Position numbers and translations under genes: made by a program
Notes under the pieces: model-generated
Told to the model about the DNA's origin: nothing
Seen by the model: only the letters and a program-made list of their open reading frames with translations
The model's database searches: none
Source: Lytechinus pictus
Taxonomy: Eukaryota
Length of the DNA stretch: 64,000 nucleotides
Direction of reading: 5' to 3'
Assembly (NCBI RefSeq): GCF_037042905.1
Contig: NC_087245.1
Coordinates: 32,862,001-32,926,000 of the forward strand
In this document: positions 1-12,140 of the stretch, one piece after another
Layout of the letters: each line of letters opens with the position of its first letter
Position numbering within the stretch: position 1 is the first letter of the stretch

Positions 1-699
1 ATCAGATCTATTAAATAAATTTTCCATGAGAAATGCGCTGGGGCTACTTAAAACAAATTGACGATCTAAATAGTACACTCTTTTTTTTTCTTGAAAAAAC
101 GAACAAAGTTATACTCTCTAAAAGCAAAAGATCTACTCTGGTCCCTAATCATATTCCTCTCAGAGAGACCAGTCCTGATGGAATGAGATTCCACTCTTTC
201 AAGGGTGCATTATTACCAGTTTTTAGTGAAAGTGGAAAAAAGATGCTCACTATTTGCGATGGGGGTTCTGAAGTTCATTACTTTTTAGTGAGCATAATTA
301 TGAGAGAACACCTGACCTTGCAGATTCATTGTTATTCATCTATCTCATTCTAGAAGGTACATTTTTGTTAATTTTATAACTAATAGTAAATAAGGCTCTA
401 CGGTATATGAAGGATGCGGATGCGTTTACAATTTCCACGATATGCCAAACACCAATTTTCATCTAATATGAAACAGTAAATATTTATATATATTTGCACA
501 CTGAAGAATGAGAAATTACCATCATCAACGAGGGATTTTATCTTATCTCTCTTGCATTGTGACACTTTTGTATTTTACATCCACTTTTAAATGATATTGC
601 GAGAGTAATTCTTGTTTGATTTTACCACTTTTCTTCAAATTGATTTCTTATCGCGAAGGATAATGAGCAAAAAAAAATTGAGCGGGCCATAAGTGGCGT

Positions 700-937
700 T
701 TCGGGCAAAAATCTATAAAAAGTTGCGAGTGAGCAAAGCGAGCGAGAACAAAATCGACATTTTTATTACAAAAATCCAATCATTGTGATAGATTTTATCA
801 TAATAATAACATATTTCGATCTTCTCTCTTTCCTTTTTCCCCTTTTTTTTGGGGGGGTGGTGATTTTTTTTTTTTTTTTTTTTTTTTTTTGGGGGGGGGG
901 GCAAGCGCCCCCAAACCCCCCATCTGTACGCCACTGC
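700..937. mobile_element. Right end of a hAT-like MITE (...TACGCCACTG)
   Basis: Terminus related to the CAGTGGCGTA family, with poly-G/poly-T tracts. Left boundary not resolved. Confidence 0.55.
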
Positions 938-2912
938 TCAATGCTTCAGTCACACCAATGAAACCGACTCCAAACCGACCGATGTTGTGTATTTACTCGA
1001 TATGGGGTCTGTTTCGCCGATGTAACTGAGTATTAGATATTCAGTAGGCCTATATCAAATGCCTAATGAGATCATGATACACTTAGTTCTTACATGGATT
1101 TAAAGCATTTTTTTTTCTCCCTCCATGGTTTAAAGTGTGTTAAGAACAGGAAGCACGAACAAGGATATACTCACAGTATCAGGAAGGAAGAATTGGATTC
1201 GGAATTAAATTATCTATCGTGTACATGTGCGATGTGTCCCTTACCCACTTACAGAATCAACAGGATAATCGAATTCTCCTACCTTTATGATTTGATATAG
1301 CCATTAGCCCTACTCATTTGTTCGTATCATATACATTAATTTAACGCATGTCATAGACTGCATTGCTTGCTTGGAAGCAGTTGAACGAATTCTCAGGCCA
1401 ATATGCCTATGGAGCTATCTTTCGATATGTGATATCACCGTATCGATTCTTATTATAACAGAATACATTTCCGGTTGTTCTTAATTCTTTCTATCATAAT
1501 TTTTTTTAACAAATTGTGGTGATACCACAAATGTGAATTGACGATATCATTGAATCTTTTGAAATGAGGGCATGGGTTTTGTATATCTTATTGCTATTTT
1601 TTTGCGCAGAAATACATAATGAATTCGAGCATCGGTTTGCACTTGCGTGTAAACGCTGCTTACTACATTAATATAAGCAATCGGACCAGCATGTACTTGA
1701 AGAGGCCACTTAAACACCGATGACGGGTTTGTATTAAGAGGCACTCGTGAGCCGATTCATTTCATTATGCATGGGAAATGTTCCATATGTTATTGTTCAA
1801 ACTATCTTAAACCAAGGAAGGTATTCAACCAGGGAAAATTTCCTGCTTCAGCTTAAGTGCTTGGGTGTTTGAGTACCATTAAATCGTATGTAACTATCAA
1901 TGGCTTTGTCTTCCAGTAGTATTGTATCCCCCATCCCTGCCCGTCTCTCTGTCTATGTATCTCTCTCTCTCTGTCTCTACCTGTCTCCAATTCATACCTT
2001 CTTTTTCTTCTTCATTCATTGCCAATACACCCACGGACTCATTCTCCCTGAAGGTTTGTAACAAAATTATGACCATAGCATATCTAGCAACAGATGCAGG
2101 CAGATATGTTATTACAAGTTGGATATGGAAAATTAATGAAATTTGCGTCTTTCCATTCATAGACTTATCTTTTTTCAACTGTCCATTTCTTAACAATAAC
2201 AAAATTAAAATGCCATATTAGTAAGACAATGCAACTTTATATTGTTTTATCCTGGAAGGGTTGGCACAATTAATCCCAGGGCCTGGTATAAAAAGAATTT
2301 GAGACAAAGAGGAAACATAAAAGAAACTATCTGATTGACTTATAGTCAGTTCTGTTGATTGTGATTGCCTATCTCCATTTACCGCCTGATGGCCGACCTT
2401 CGTGTTACCAAACCCTGGTCAATTAATTCCATATCTGTATGCAACTTTCTTCCTTTTATTTCATATCAGTTATTCTTTCTCAATAACAAGCATCAGTGAC
2501 GATTCCTTTTGTCCCAAATGAATTAAGAACCTTCGAAGAACAATTATTTTATTTATATAGGGTCCTAAATTTGTTCGGATCGGTTTCTTTTCAAGCCCCA
2601 AAGGCACCTTTTGGCACGCCCATGAATGATTCTAGAATCCTTGTTGTTAATTTAAAACTATCGGGGGCGTCTCGTCTATATTTTTCGTCCGACAATTTTT
2701 CAGATCCGACAGTTTTCCTTGACTTTCATTGGCAGAGAAGCACAGTTCTGATGGGAGGACTAACTTTCGGATAACATGTCCGACAAGCCATATAATCAAA
2801 AGCTCATTTTTTATGTATATAAACGAAGCAGTACCAAGAGTGTATTATCTGTACATTTATTTCGTACTAACATATTCAATGACAACTTCTTTTCCTGATG
2901 TTTGGTTCTTAG

Positions 2913-3155
2913 ACGATGTTTTGGTCAGGTGTGGCCGGTGCGAACATCCCACAGGACATCGCTCAGGTGACCACAGCCTTCACCGTCCTTGAGGAAACCT
3001 TCCCCGGCTACATGGCTGGTAACCTGTCCTGGTGTGGTGCTACGGATGGAGAAGAGTCTGGACCCGGTCTCAACTTCACCGTCTGCCCGACATGGCGGAA
3101 TGAGACGTGTCCGAACAACACCAAGGCGGCTTTCTGGGACAAGGCATCAAAGATG
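2913..3155 (+). CDS. CD38/BST1-like: ADP-ribosyl cyclase exon (TMFWSG...VLEETFPGYMAGNLSWCG...FWDKASKM)
   Basis: Acceptor ttcttag at 2912, donor gtgagt at 3156, 81 codons, family signature motifs. Confidence 0.95.
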
Positions 3156-4855
3156 GTGAGTTCCGAAGCAACGAAACAGTCACACCAACGAAAGCGACTC
3201 CAAAGACCGACCAATACGAATTATGCCTATGGCGGTAGCAATACAGATATCGGTCTGGGTTTTTTTTTTTACCTGTGTGGCCTTCCATAATGCTAGGGTC
3301 CCAACAGGTGGCGATCCATGGGGTAGGGGGTTCCACGTCAAAATGTGTACTCTATACCATGTCTTACGGGGTTCCACATTCATGACATTAAAATTCGTAC
3401 ACAATACCATGTGATAGGGGGGTTCGAACCACACCAAATCTGTACACAATATAATATGGTCGGTGGTTCCACCCCAAGGTTTGTACACAATACCATGCGG
3501 TAGGGGGTTTACCCAAATTTGTACACATTATCATGTAGTAGGGGGTTCCACACCAAGATTTATACTTAAACCATGTGGTAGGGGTTCCACACCAAAATTT
3601 GTACACAATACAGGAGGTTTACAAAATTTGTACACAATACCATGAGGTAAGGGATTCCATACCGAAATTGGTACACATTGCCATGTGGTAGGGGGTTCTA
3701 TCCCCAAATTTGTACACAATACCATGTGGTAGGGGGTTCCAAACCAAATTTGTACACAATACCATGTGGTAGGGGGATCCACACTAGAATTTGTACACAG
3801 TACCATGTGGTAGGGGGTTCCACATCACATTTGTAAACAATAACATGTGGTAGGGGGTTCCACACCAGAATTTGTACACAGTACCATGTGGTAGGGGGTT
3901 CCACATCACATGTGTAAACAATAACATGTGGTAGGGGGTTCCACACCAAATTTGTACACAATACCATGTGGTAGAGGGTTCCACACCAGAATTTGTGCAC
4001 AATACAATATGGTAGGGGGTTCCACACCAAATTTGTACACAATACCATGTGGTAGGGGGATCCACACCAGAATTTTTACACTGTACCATGTGGTAGGGGG
4101 TTCCACAATTTGCACACAATACCATATGGTAGGGGGCGCATCAAAGTTTGTACACCTTACCAGGGGGTAGGTCTGCCACTTGGTTCCTCCGGTGCAGCGG
4201 TACATTTCAAAGCTAGAATTAAAAAGAATCATGGGCAAACAAAATCACCTTCACACAACACTACACGTGCAAATATTTAATTTGAACAACTATCGAATGG
4301 AAACCTATTTTGTAACCATTTCTGATTCAACGTTTGCTCGAACAAATATCAGTTCGACCATTGAAGTTTATGGTTATGATATTTTGAACGTACGTGCTCT
4401 GTTGTTCCTGATTCACGGGAAATGATTTTGGTGTATTCAATTTTGGGCTGCGCCTGAATGGATTGTTGTTTTGGACTTTATCCGGTTTAGGGGCTTGGAG
4501 TCGGAACTGAACAGTCACAGCTTGTTACAATAATGATTAATAATGTAGGATAAAACACTGGCGGGTCTGGGAATTTTTTTAATGAGGGTTTGGGAAGTTG
4601 AAATGACGTAGACTAGAATGTGTTTGGGTGAAAGTAATGTGAAAAGGGGGATCCTCACCACCAAGGGGCGGACTCTGTCTGTCTATCCGGGAAAATATAT
4701 ACATATTCTTTAAACAAAAGAGCCCCACTCAAGGGGAGGGGGTGATTCGCACATTGAATCCCAATGCACTTCATTAAATAGACACTTTCCTCTACTGTGC
4801 ATACAAAATGAATTCGATCTTGTTTTTTTCTTTCTCTCTCTCTCCCTCCCTCACC

Positions 4856-4888
<33 letters not shown>

Positions 4889-7800
4889 ATCACAGTTAGC
4901 AAACCAGGCCGCTGGTGATGTTTATGTAACTCTCAATGCGCAAAGGGAAGGCGGTGCTTTCAACAACGGCAGGTATGAATGGGCTTCGGTCACTCTTGGA
5001 TTCCAGTAAAGTAAATATAGTTTCAACAGGGAATGAGTTAAGGGCAGGAGTCCCGATCGACAGTCACGGTAGGACCAGCAATTCTCCCGTAGCGGGAGGG
5101 TGGGGGGCTCGTGATTTGGAACGAGGCTATTAAAGATCAAGTCCATCCCAGAAAAAATGATGATTGGAATAAATAGAGAAAAATCCAACAAGCAAAACGC
5201 TAAAAATTTCAACAAAATCGGATGTAAAATAAGAAAGTTATGACATTTTAAAGTTTCGCTTATTTTTCACAAAACAGTTATATGTACATCTCGGTGACAA
5301 GCAAATGAGACAGTCGATGATGTCCATCACTCACTATTTCTTTTGTTTTTTATAGTTTGAATTATACAATATTTCATTTTTCACAGATTTGACAATAAGG
5401 AACAACTTGACTGAACCATATAGTATTAAAACAATGCTAATTCCACATGTTCGGAGAGGAATAAATCTTTGTTTCACTTGACAATGAGGAGAAAATTAAA
5501 ATATTTCATATTTCATATAATGAAATACAAAAGAAATAGTGAGTGGATGACGTCATCAGTCTCCTCATTTGCATACCGACCAGGATGTACATATAACTGT
5601 TTTGTGAAATTAAGCAAAACTTTAAAATGTCATAACTTTCTTATTTTACATCCGATTTTGATGAAATTTTCAGTGTTATGCTTGTTGGATTTTTCTCTAT
5701 TTATTCAAATCAACTAATGGTTGGGGTGGACTTGTCCTTTAAGCCTGTGGCCAAAAAAAAGCGTGACCTCAAAATTGGCCTCGTCTACATCCCGTTTTTG
5801 ACACACGAGTACTATAGAGACCTTTGTAAAAAAAAAAAAAATGGGATCCAGTGCAGCGTCATATCATTCATAATTATCTACATGTTGATAATAATTGGCT
5901 GTAGTTATGTATTGGGATTAATTTATAATTCATTGCCATTATTGTTAACTATTCTGAGTTGATGAATATCGTATAATTCATAAATAAAATACAAAATAAA
6001 CAGTGAATGCGTGAGATCGACTTTCTCATTTACTTAAAATGATTCAATTTTTGTGGAAAACCAGCGAATGTCATAACTATCTCATATTACGTCCGATTTC
6101 GATGAAACTATACACACTATGCTTGTTTTACTTTAATCTGTTTACTAAAAAGTTTTGTTAGGGTAGACTTCCCCTTTGATTTTCAATTCCTAATTTCTTG
6201 GCTCGCTCACCTCACACACTCGCCAAAGTCCCATTACGGTGCATCATGTTATAATGGTCCATGTCCAAAATGTATCCCTTTACAATTTTTGCTTCATTAG
6301 CCTACGTTTGGTTAACATTAATTTTATGAGGAAGTCGCATTACAGTACAAGGTTCACCATCGCGCCAAGCATGGTTTATTAATATCCAAGGTTTATGGAC
6401 GATTCAACATTTAAAAAAATCCCGCTATTTTGACAAAAACAAAGGCATTTGTTACTTTTTGTTTATCCTCAAACCAATAACTTTGTACATAATGTGCATG
6501 TGAGGCTTGGGATTCCACCCCCCCCCCCGGGTTCTTCACTTTGAGCTATCCTATTATGAACTTTGAAGTTTCATGAAATACTTCGCAAAAGTGTGTGATA
6601 TTAGCAATGAATGAATATAACGACCTATTGATCCCTGTTGCTAGAATTAAGCAACCATCCCCACCCGTCCCCCCTGTCTGTCTCTCTCTCTCTCTCTCTC
6701 TGCCTCTCTCTCTCTCCAGGTTGCAGAAAATCAGATAAATCAAACCCAGATGATCAAGGAATTTTTATTATTTAAAGGACAAGTCCACCCCAACAAAACT
6801 TTGATTTGAATAAAAAGGGAAAAATCCAACAAGCATAACCCTGAAAATTTTATCAAAAGCGGATGTAAAATAAGAAAGCTATGACATTTTAAAGTTTCGC
6901 TTAATTTCACAAAACAGTTATATGCACATCCGGGTCGGTATGCAAATGAGGGAACATCACTCACTTACTATTTCTTTTGTATTTTATTATATGAAATGTG
7001 AAATATTCTAATTTTCTCCTCATTGTCCTGTGAAACAAAGTTTTATTTCTCCCTGAACTTGTTGAATTATCATTGCTTAACATTTTATGGTTCAGTCAAG
7101 TTGGTCCTTATTGTCAATTCTGCAAAAATTGAAATAATGTATAATTCGAACAATAAAAAACAAAAGAAATAGTGAGTGATGGACATCATAGATTCTCTCG
7201 TTTCATGTGACGAAATTGTGCACATAACTATTTTGTGAAAAATAAGCGAAACTTTAAAATGTCATAACTTTCTTATTTTACATCCGATTTTGAAGAAATT
7301 TTCAGCATTACGCTTGTCTGATTTTTCTCTATTGATTCAAAGCAACATTTTCATGAGGTGGACTTGACCTTTAAATAGTAAAAATATCCTTTAAGCTGAT
7401 GGGTATGTCGCTATTAGTTTCTATGCCATTCTTCAGACTAATAAGCACAACACTGTTTATCTATTTCTCATTTTTCAGTGTATTTGCCAGGATAGAATCA
7501 CCCAATCTAAACCCGGACGCTGTCACGAATGTCGCCATCTATCTAATTCCAGATTTCACTCTTCAGATTCCAAATAAAATGTAAGTAACACTGTTATTAT
7601 TACCATTTCCCTCTCCTTGGTTCCCTCCTATTTTTGCGGGGGTTACTGGCTAAAAAAAAATCGAATAAAAGTTAAAGTATCTCTTCACATTTAAACCCCC
7701 CCCCCCTCGAATCAGGGCATCTGGTCATTACTTCGGCTCTTTATGGAATGTATGTGTTCTTGAATCATTCTGATGTGGATGATGAGAAATAAAATCGTGC

Positions 7801-8489
7801 TTTAATATCAATTATATTGCGACTATTATGGGAATATCTATTTTGGACCGGGATATATAAGTAAAGAAATAATAACTGGATATTTGGGGGGGGGGGTTGA
7901 AACCAACGTCTCACGAGTGAAATTGACAATAAATTTTCAGGATATATTCTTTGTAGCTTTCTGCAGTCACTAAATTAGCAATATAAGTGTCCCTGTGACT
8001 TCTTTTTTTTTTGCAAAAAACAATGTTTCCAAAAGACGGTGATAAATTTTTTTTTTTAATTTCTTTGCTGAGATTCAAAGGATGAAAGAGTTATTTTTCT
8101 TAAAATAAAAAATGGATAAACTTGACTTACAATATCCTGTTTAACCACTGGCGAATCCAGGGGGGCACATCCGGCCCGTGCCCCCTCCCCATTAAGAGCC
8201 ATAGTCAATATTTTTTAATTTAAATGTAAATATGTCGTTCATACACAAGTGAGGACCCCTCCCTCTTTTTTTTTTTGCTTGTCAAAAATTTCTACGTAAA
8301 CGAAATGACCTTCATTTTTTGGTGCAAACCATTGGGGGGTTTTTTGGGGTGAGGGCTTGTCAAATTTTCCTCGGGGAAATTTGTCCCCTCCTTCTCCTTT
8401 GGAAACATTCTGGATCAGCCCCTGTGTTTAACATTTCCTTTAGCCCCACTGGCGTGTAGATGGGGGGCCTTAGAGTCATGCCCCCCCCC

Positions 8490-8520
<31 letters not shown>

Positions 8521-9747
8521 CCATGACCAAGATAAATAATGTGAGAGAGAAAGAATAAAAGAATAGGAAAGGAATGTGATATCATTTTCTGAATATATTA
8601 CCAAAATGTGCATGATTTAGCTTTTGCTATTATTTTTTGTTCGCTCACGACTATTTAGGAATATTGCTCCGCTATATTAAGTTCTCGCCCTCACAGTCTT
8701 TGGCTCATCACGTACCATTTAGCCCTAAACCAAAGGAAGAACGACTGTTACAATAAAACAAAAATGGCACATTGTTTAAACTCATTATTCGATGTAATTT
8801 CTAAGATTTTTAGTAGGACTATTATTTAAAACGAGAATGAATCTATATTTCTCGAATGAATTTTCCTTTTATTATACCAAAGGTATCGAGAAACCTGTAC
8901 AAACGGAAGCGTATTGTACTTAAGAAATCGCTTGATGAATATGAATTTCAATGTTACTTGTGAGGAGGATCCTACGTAAGTACAAAATAATCATTATTAC
9001 TTTTTTTTTTGGGGGGGGGTGTATAATGCACTTTTCCCGAGATTATCAGATGCACAAATGTGTCTCCCGACAAGTATGGTTATCAGTAATTAGAAATCAA
9101 ATGAAGGCGTGATAGAATTTTAAAAAAATTGTCAATCTTTAGCGCATTGTTTTCCGTAACTTAAATTGAGTGAAATAAGACATGCTTTTTAGAGGTAAAT
9201 AACGTCTATACCATGCAAATCTATAATGTAATATGGTCCTCAAATATAATTGTACATTGCATTGTTTTCGTAATTTAAGTAAAATGATAGTAAGTTAGTA
9301 TGCACTTGAGTACAAAATTAGGGAGGGGATTGATGTTGGTAAGTTCCAAGAGGGTAAAATGTTTAATTATTCTCTGGATGTTTTGTTAAAATATTTCACA
9401 GAATCAGATTTTCATTTTTAACAGGTAAATTTGCTTGGTTGCGACTGTTTCTGGATTTTACCCCATTCGTTTTTTTTTTTTTTGGGGGGGGGGGTGGTGG
9501 TGTTTTGTTTTTTTTGGGGGGGTTCTCATGTGTTATCACTGTATCTGTACGTAATAATGATGGAATATCTTTACTTTTCATATTTGTCAGTGAGGTGATG
9601 TGGCTCCAATGTGCTCGTTTTCCCGATAGCCCTTACTGCGACCGATACAACGGGGTAGGCAAAACAGTGGCAACCCTATCATTTGCGGTGATACTGCTTC
9701 AATTCGCGTCCGTTATATCACTCAGCGACTGGACTCTAAGATCATAG
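2913..9747 (+). CDS. CD38/BST1-like: ADP-ribosyl cyclase/cADPR hydrolase (CD38/BST1/Aplysia cyclase family), 5'-partial; join(2913..3155,4896..4972,7479..7580,8883..8975,9591..9747), 223 aa
   Basis: Five GT-AG exons join in frame (672 nt). Family motifs seen: FWSG, VLEETFPGYMAGNLSWCG (cf. TLEDTLLGYLADDLTWCG), FWDKAS, catalytic FARIE, LQC...P...C, and a hydrophobic C-terminus. Confidence 0.95.
3310..4170. repeat. Minisatellite, about 20 copies of a 40-41 bp unit (ACCATGTGGTAGGGGGTTCCACACCAAATTTGTACACAAT)
   Basis: Head-to-tail direct repeats, most homogeneous at 3700-4080 and degenerate at the edges; lies in a cyclase intron. Confidence 0.95.
4896..4972 (+). CDS. CD38/BST1-like: ADP-ribosyl cyclase exon (LANQAAGDVYVTLNAQREGGAFNNGS)
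   Basis: (CT)n tract plus cacag acceptor, gtatga donor, phase 0 to 2. Resembles FAEAACDVVHVMLNGS of CD38. Confidence 0.93.
5134..5738. mobile_element. Kolobok-like non-autonomous DNA transposon (MITE)
   Basis: Long TIRs (AGATCAAGTCCA...TGGACTTGTCCT), TTAA on both flanks, RR...YY termini. Confidence 0.85.
5975..6178. mobile_element. Degraded fragment of the same Kolobok-like family
   Basis: Similar to the 3' arm of 5134-5738 (tgtcataact...tccgattt...gcttg...gggtagacttcccctt). Confidence 0.6.
6776..7370. mobile_element. Kolobok-like MITE, inverted relative to 5134-5738
   Basis: AGGACAAGTCCACC...GGTGGACTTGACCT with TTAA at 6772-6775 and 7371-7374. Confidence 0.88.
7479..7580 (+). CDS. CD38/BST1-like: ADP-ribosyl cyclase exon with catalytic Glu (VFARIESPNLNPDAV...)
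   Basis: tttttcag acceptor, gtaagt donor, phase 2 to 2. Matches TFGSVEVHNLQPEKV of CD38. Confidence 0.93.
8146..8424. mobile_element. hAT-like MITE
   Basis: CACTGGCGAATCCAG...TGGATCAGCCCCTG termini; 8-bp TSD TGTTTAAC on both sides. Confidence 0.85.
8447..8717. mobile_element. hAT-like MITE
   Basis: Starts CACTGGCGTG; 8-bp direct repeat TTTAGCCC at 8439-8446 and 8718-8725; right terminus degenerate. Confidence 0.7.
8883..8975 (+). CDS. CD38/BST1-like: ADP-ribosyl cyclase exon (YRETCTNGSVLYLRNRLMNMNFNVTCEEDP)
   Basis: ccaaag acceptor, gtaagt donor, phase 2 to 2, conserved Cys pair. Confidence 0.92.
9591..9747 (+). CDS. CD38/BST1-like: ADP-ribosyl cyclase terminal exon (EVMWLQCARFPDSPYC + hydrophobic GPI-signal-like tail, TAG stop)
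   Basis: ttgtcag acceptor; LQC-x8-C motif as in CD38/BST1; tail VATLSFAVILLQFASVISL. Confidence 0.92.
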
Positions 9748-9879
9748 ATCATCTTCAAAAACATGCATGGGAGGAGGGGAGGGGAGAAACTCTTGAAATA
9801 GTAAATATTTTCCACCGGTAACGAAGGCAATACATCGGGATAGAAGAAATGTGAAATAACGGGATATAATCTGGGTTTT

Positions 9880-10020
9880 TTTTTGCTCTTCGGCGGCCGT
9901 ACGGCAAGTCGAAAACAGCCGTTCTAACATTTTGTGTATCAGCTAAATATAGGTGGTTTGAATAAAAATTAATAAAACGGCTGTTTTCGACTCGCCGTAG
10001 AGCAAATGTGACCGAGGTAT
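9880..10020. mobile_element. Short palindromic MITE just 3' of the cyclase stop; related copy at about 62885-63010
   Basis: Inverted arms (ACGGCAAGTCGAAAACAGCCGTT / AACGGCTGTTTTCGACTCGCCGT); clear similarity to the copy near 62.9 kb. Confidence 0.75.
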
Positions 10021-11433
10021 GATTATTTCGCTTTATGACTTGTAATTTTCCTTAATGGGTGCAAAAGAGGGATGATGCATTTTCGATTGTGGATCGGGGA
10101 AAACTCGGGCCCACCTCAAAAAGGGGTGAAGCAATGTCTCCCGCAAGTTCGATTGTCTACGTGAGAAAAACGTTCAAATCAAATGAATTAATAAGAATGA
10201 TAATACAAAATCTTATGAAGCATAAATTAAGATGATTACAGTGAAGTCTTTTGGCGTTCCGAAATAAAAGATTGAAAATCTACAGTAAAATAATCATAAT
10301 ATCAGAGCCTATAAGAGCACAAATCCAGACTTGGAACTACATGTGTATAAATGCATCGTGAATCCGGGAAAAATCATTTTGATTATTTTTTTAAAGGTAC
10401 GATTTTGAAAGGTTGAATAGTCAGGAGAAGAGCCTTCCTAAATATTTTCGAGAATCTTGTCTTTTTGTTTTCTTTGTTGCAGGGTTTATATATCTTTCAA
10501 TATATGTATTTTAACGCAATATTCCATTTACAAAAGAGCTTTTGATACATTTTGTCTTACACTTTACGCTGTAATAACTTTTTACTTGATATTCAAAATT
10601 GCTGCAATACACCCCTGTATGCTCTATTCTGTACTAATGTGAATGGGCACAAAACGATTTTTACAAGAGAGGGCACCATGTACATGCAATTGCGATTAAA
10701 GAGTGGCGTACTGTCTGAAAACATGATTGCTAACGAAATATATCATTACTTATGCCATGTATGTAATAAATGCTGTATTTTGACATTCCAAATGGCTGCC
10801 ATACGTCCCTACTACATCGTAAACAGTTTGAGTGGGTAGGCCCTACAAATAATGATGCCAACATTTGACTGTGCTCGACTGCAAAATGCCTACAATTGTG
10901 ATGTAAGAGTGAAATGTTTTGTCTCGCAACATGACTTCTAACGAGATATGCAAGTTTCTTTTGCCATGTAGGTGATAAATACTATATTTTGACATTCTTT
11001 TGGATTATACCAATTTACGGAAAATGCTTAAAGTTACGTGAGTGGCATCATTCAGATTTGGAGACTCGGCACCTTTGAATTGACAAGTAACCATTAACAA
11101 GATCGTATGAATCGAAAAACAATGTTTGGTCCATTTTCTAGCCTGCACTCAAAAGGACGCTACGAGGACGCTACAAGGACGCTACGAGGGGGCTTAACTT
11201 ACAGATTTTTTATCAATAAATGCATTAAGTCCTTAATTAATGATCTCAGGTTCATACAAACATTCCATGCGCGGCTGTCACATGGGAACAAGTAAAGTAC
11301 ATAGTTCATGTACATGAAAACATTCATCACATCAGCCATGCCTTGTAACCACCTTTTAATCATACTGTTATATTTTGAGCTCATTGGTACTAGAAGTGCC
11401 TTTTAATATTTCTAAAAAGACGCAATACTTATT

Positions 11434-11841
11434 GACCAGTTCGTAGTTACTTCATGGGCAATTTGGGTCAAATGACCTTTCATTTCTTTTACTATGATAG
11501 GCAGATTTCAAAGCAAGATATTACGTAAGCATGCCTTACATAGCAGGGTGAAGAAATTGAATAGACCAGGTGACTAAAATAGCACACCAATGAAGGTATT
11601 TGTTGCATTTCTAGTTAGAGTGCACAAGCATGTTGTTATAACAATGTACTTGGACAACGGTGAAATACCAGTCGTTAGTGGACGTATTCTTTTTTGTGTG
11701 GATCTAATGAAAAACATAATTCAAAAGATTAATCAAGACATCGGGTTAGTGCTTATCTCATTAAATATTAAACCACCTTGTCACTTTATAGTCCCAATGA
11801 CCTTCTTCTGATCATGCGCAGAACGGAACTACGAACTGGCT
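11434..11841. mobile_element. MITE with TIR GACCAGTTCGTAGTT
   Basis: Inverted termini GACCAGTTCGTAGTT / AACTACGAACTGGCT; TATT on both flanks (possible 4-bp TSD). Confidence 0.75.
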
Positions 11842-12140
11842 TATTGCTCCAACCATGATGCATTCACTATCATGAGAAAGTATCCTTTATCCTAAATCAG
11901 TTTCATCCACAGACACGTCATTTCTTTCCAATATACGGTATTAAAAAAAAAACATACAAAAGCTCCAAAGTCAACTCACCAGTGGTGCTAGCGGGATTAC
12001 AACTAAAGATACTTCCATATAATGTAGAGAAGCACAAACGGGTTCTTCTGATCTCAAACTTGATAATTTTGATGTACAAAACTAAACAAATTAGGAAGAC
12101 ATTTATCTGATAAATCTGATGAGGACAGCCCATGCCCATG

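Noticed and set aside
33..353. ORF containing FHSFKGA, reminiscent of CD38 WDAFKGAF
   Set aside because: No flanking cysteines or splice sites; looks like a chance match.
1355..1445. Possible upstream cyclase exon (DC...CDIT)
   Set aside because: Cys spacing and the W..F..AF motif do not match the family, and no suitable phase-0 donor was found.
3310..4170. CRISPR-like array and repetitive ORFs (WNPLPH, EPPTTWYC)
   Set aside because: Units are contiguous with no unique spacers, there are no cas genes, and the context is a eukaryotic intron. The ORFs are translations of the minisatellite.
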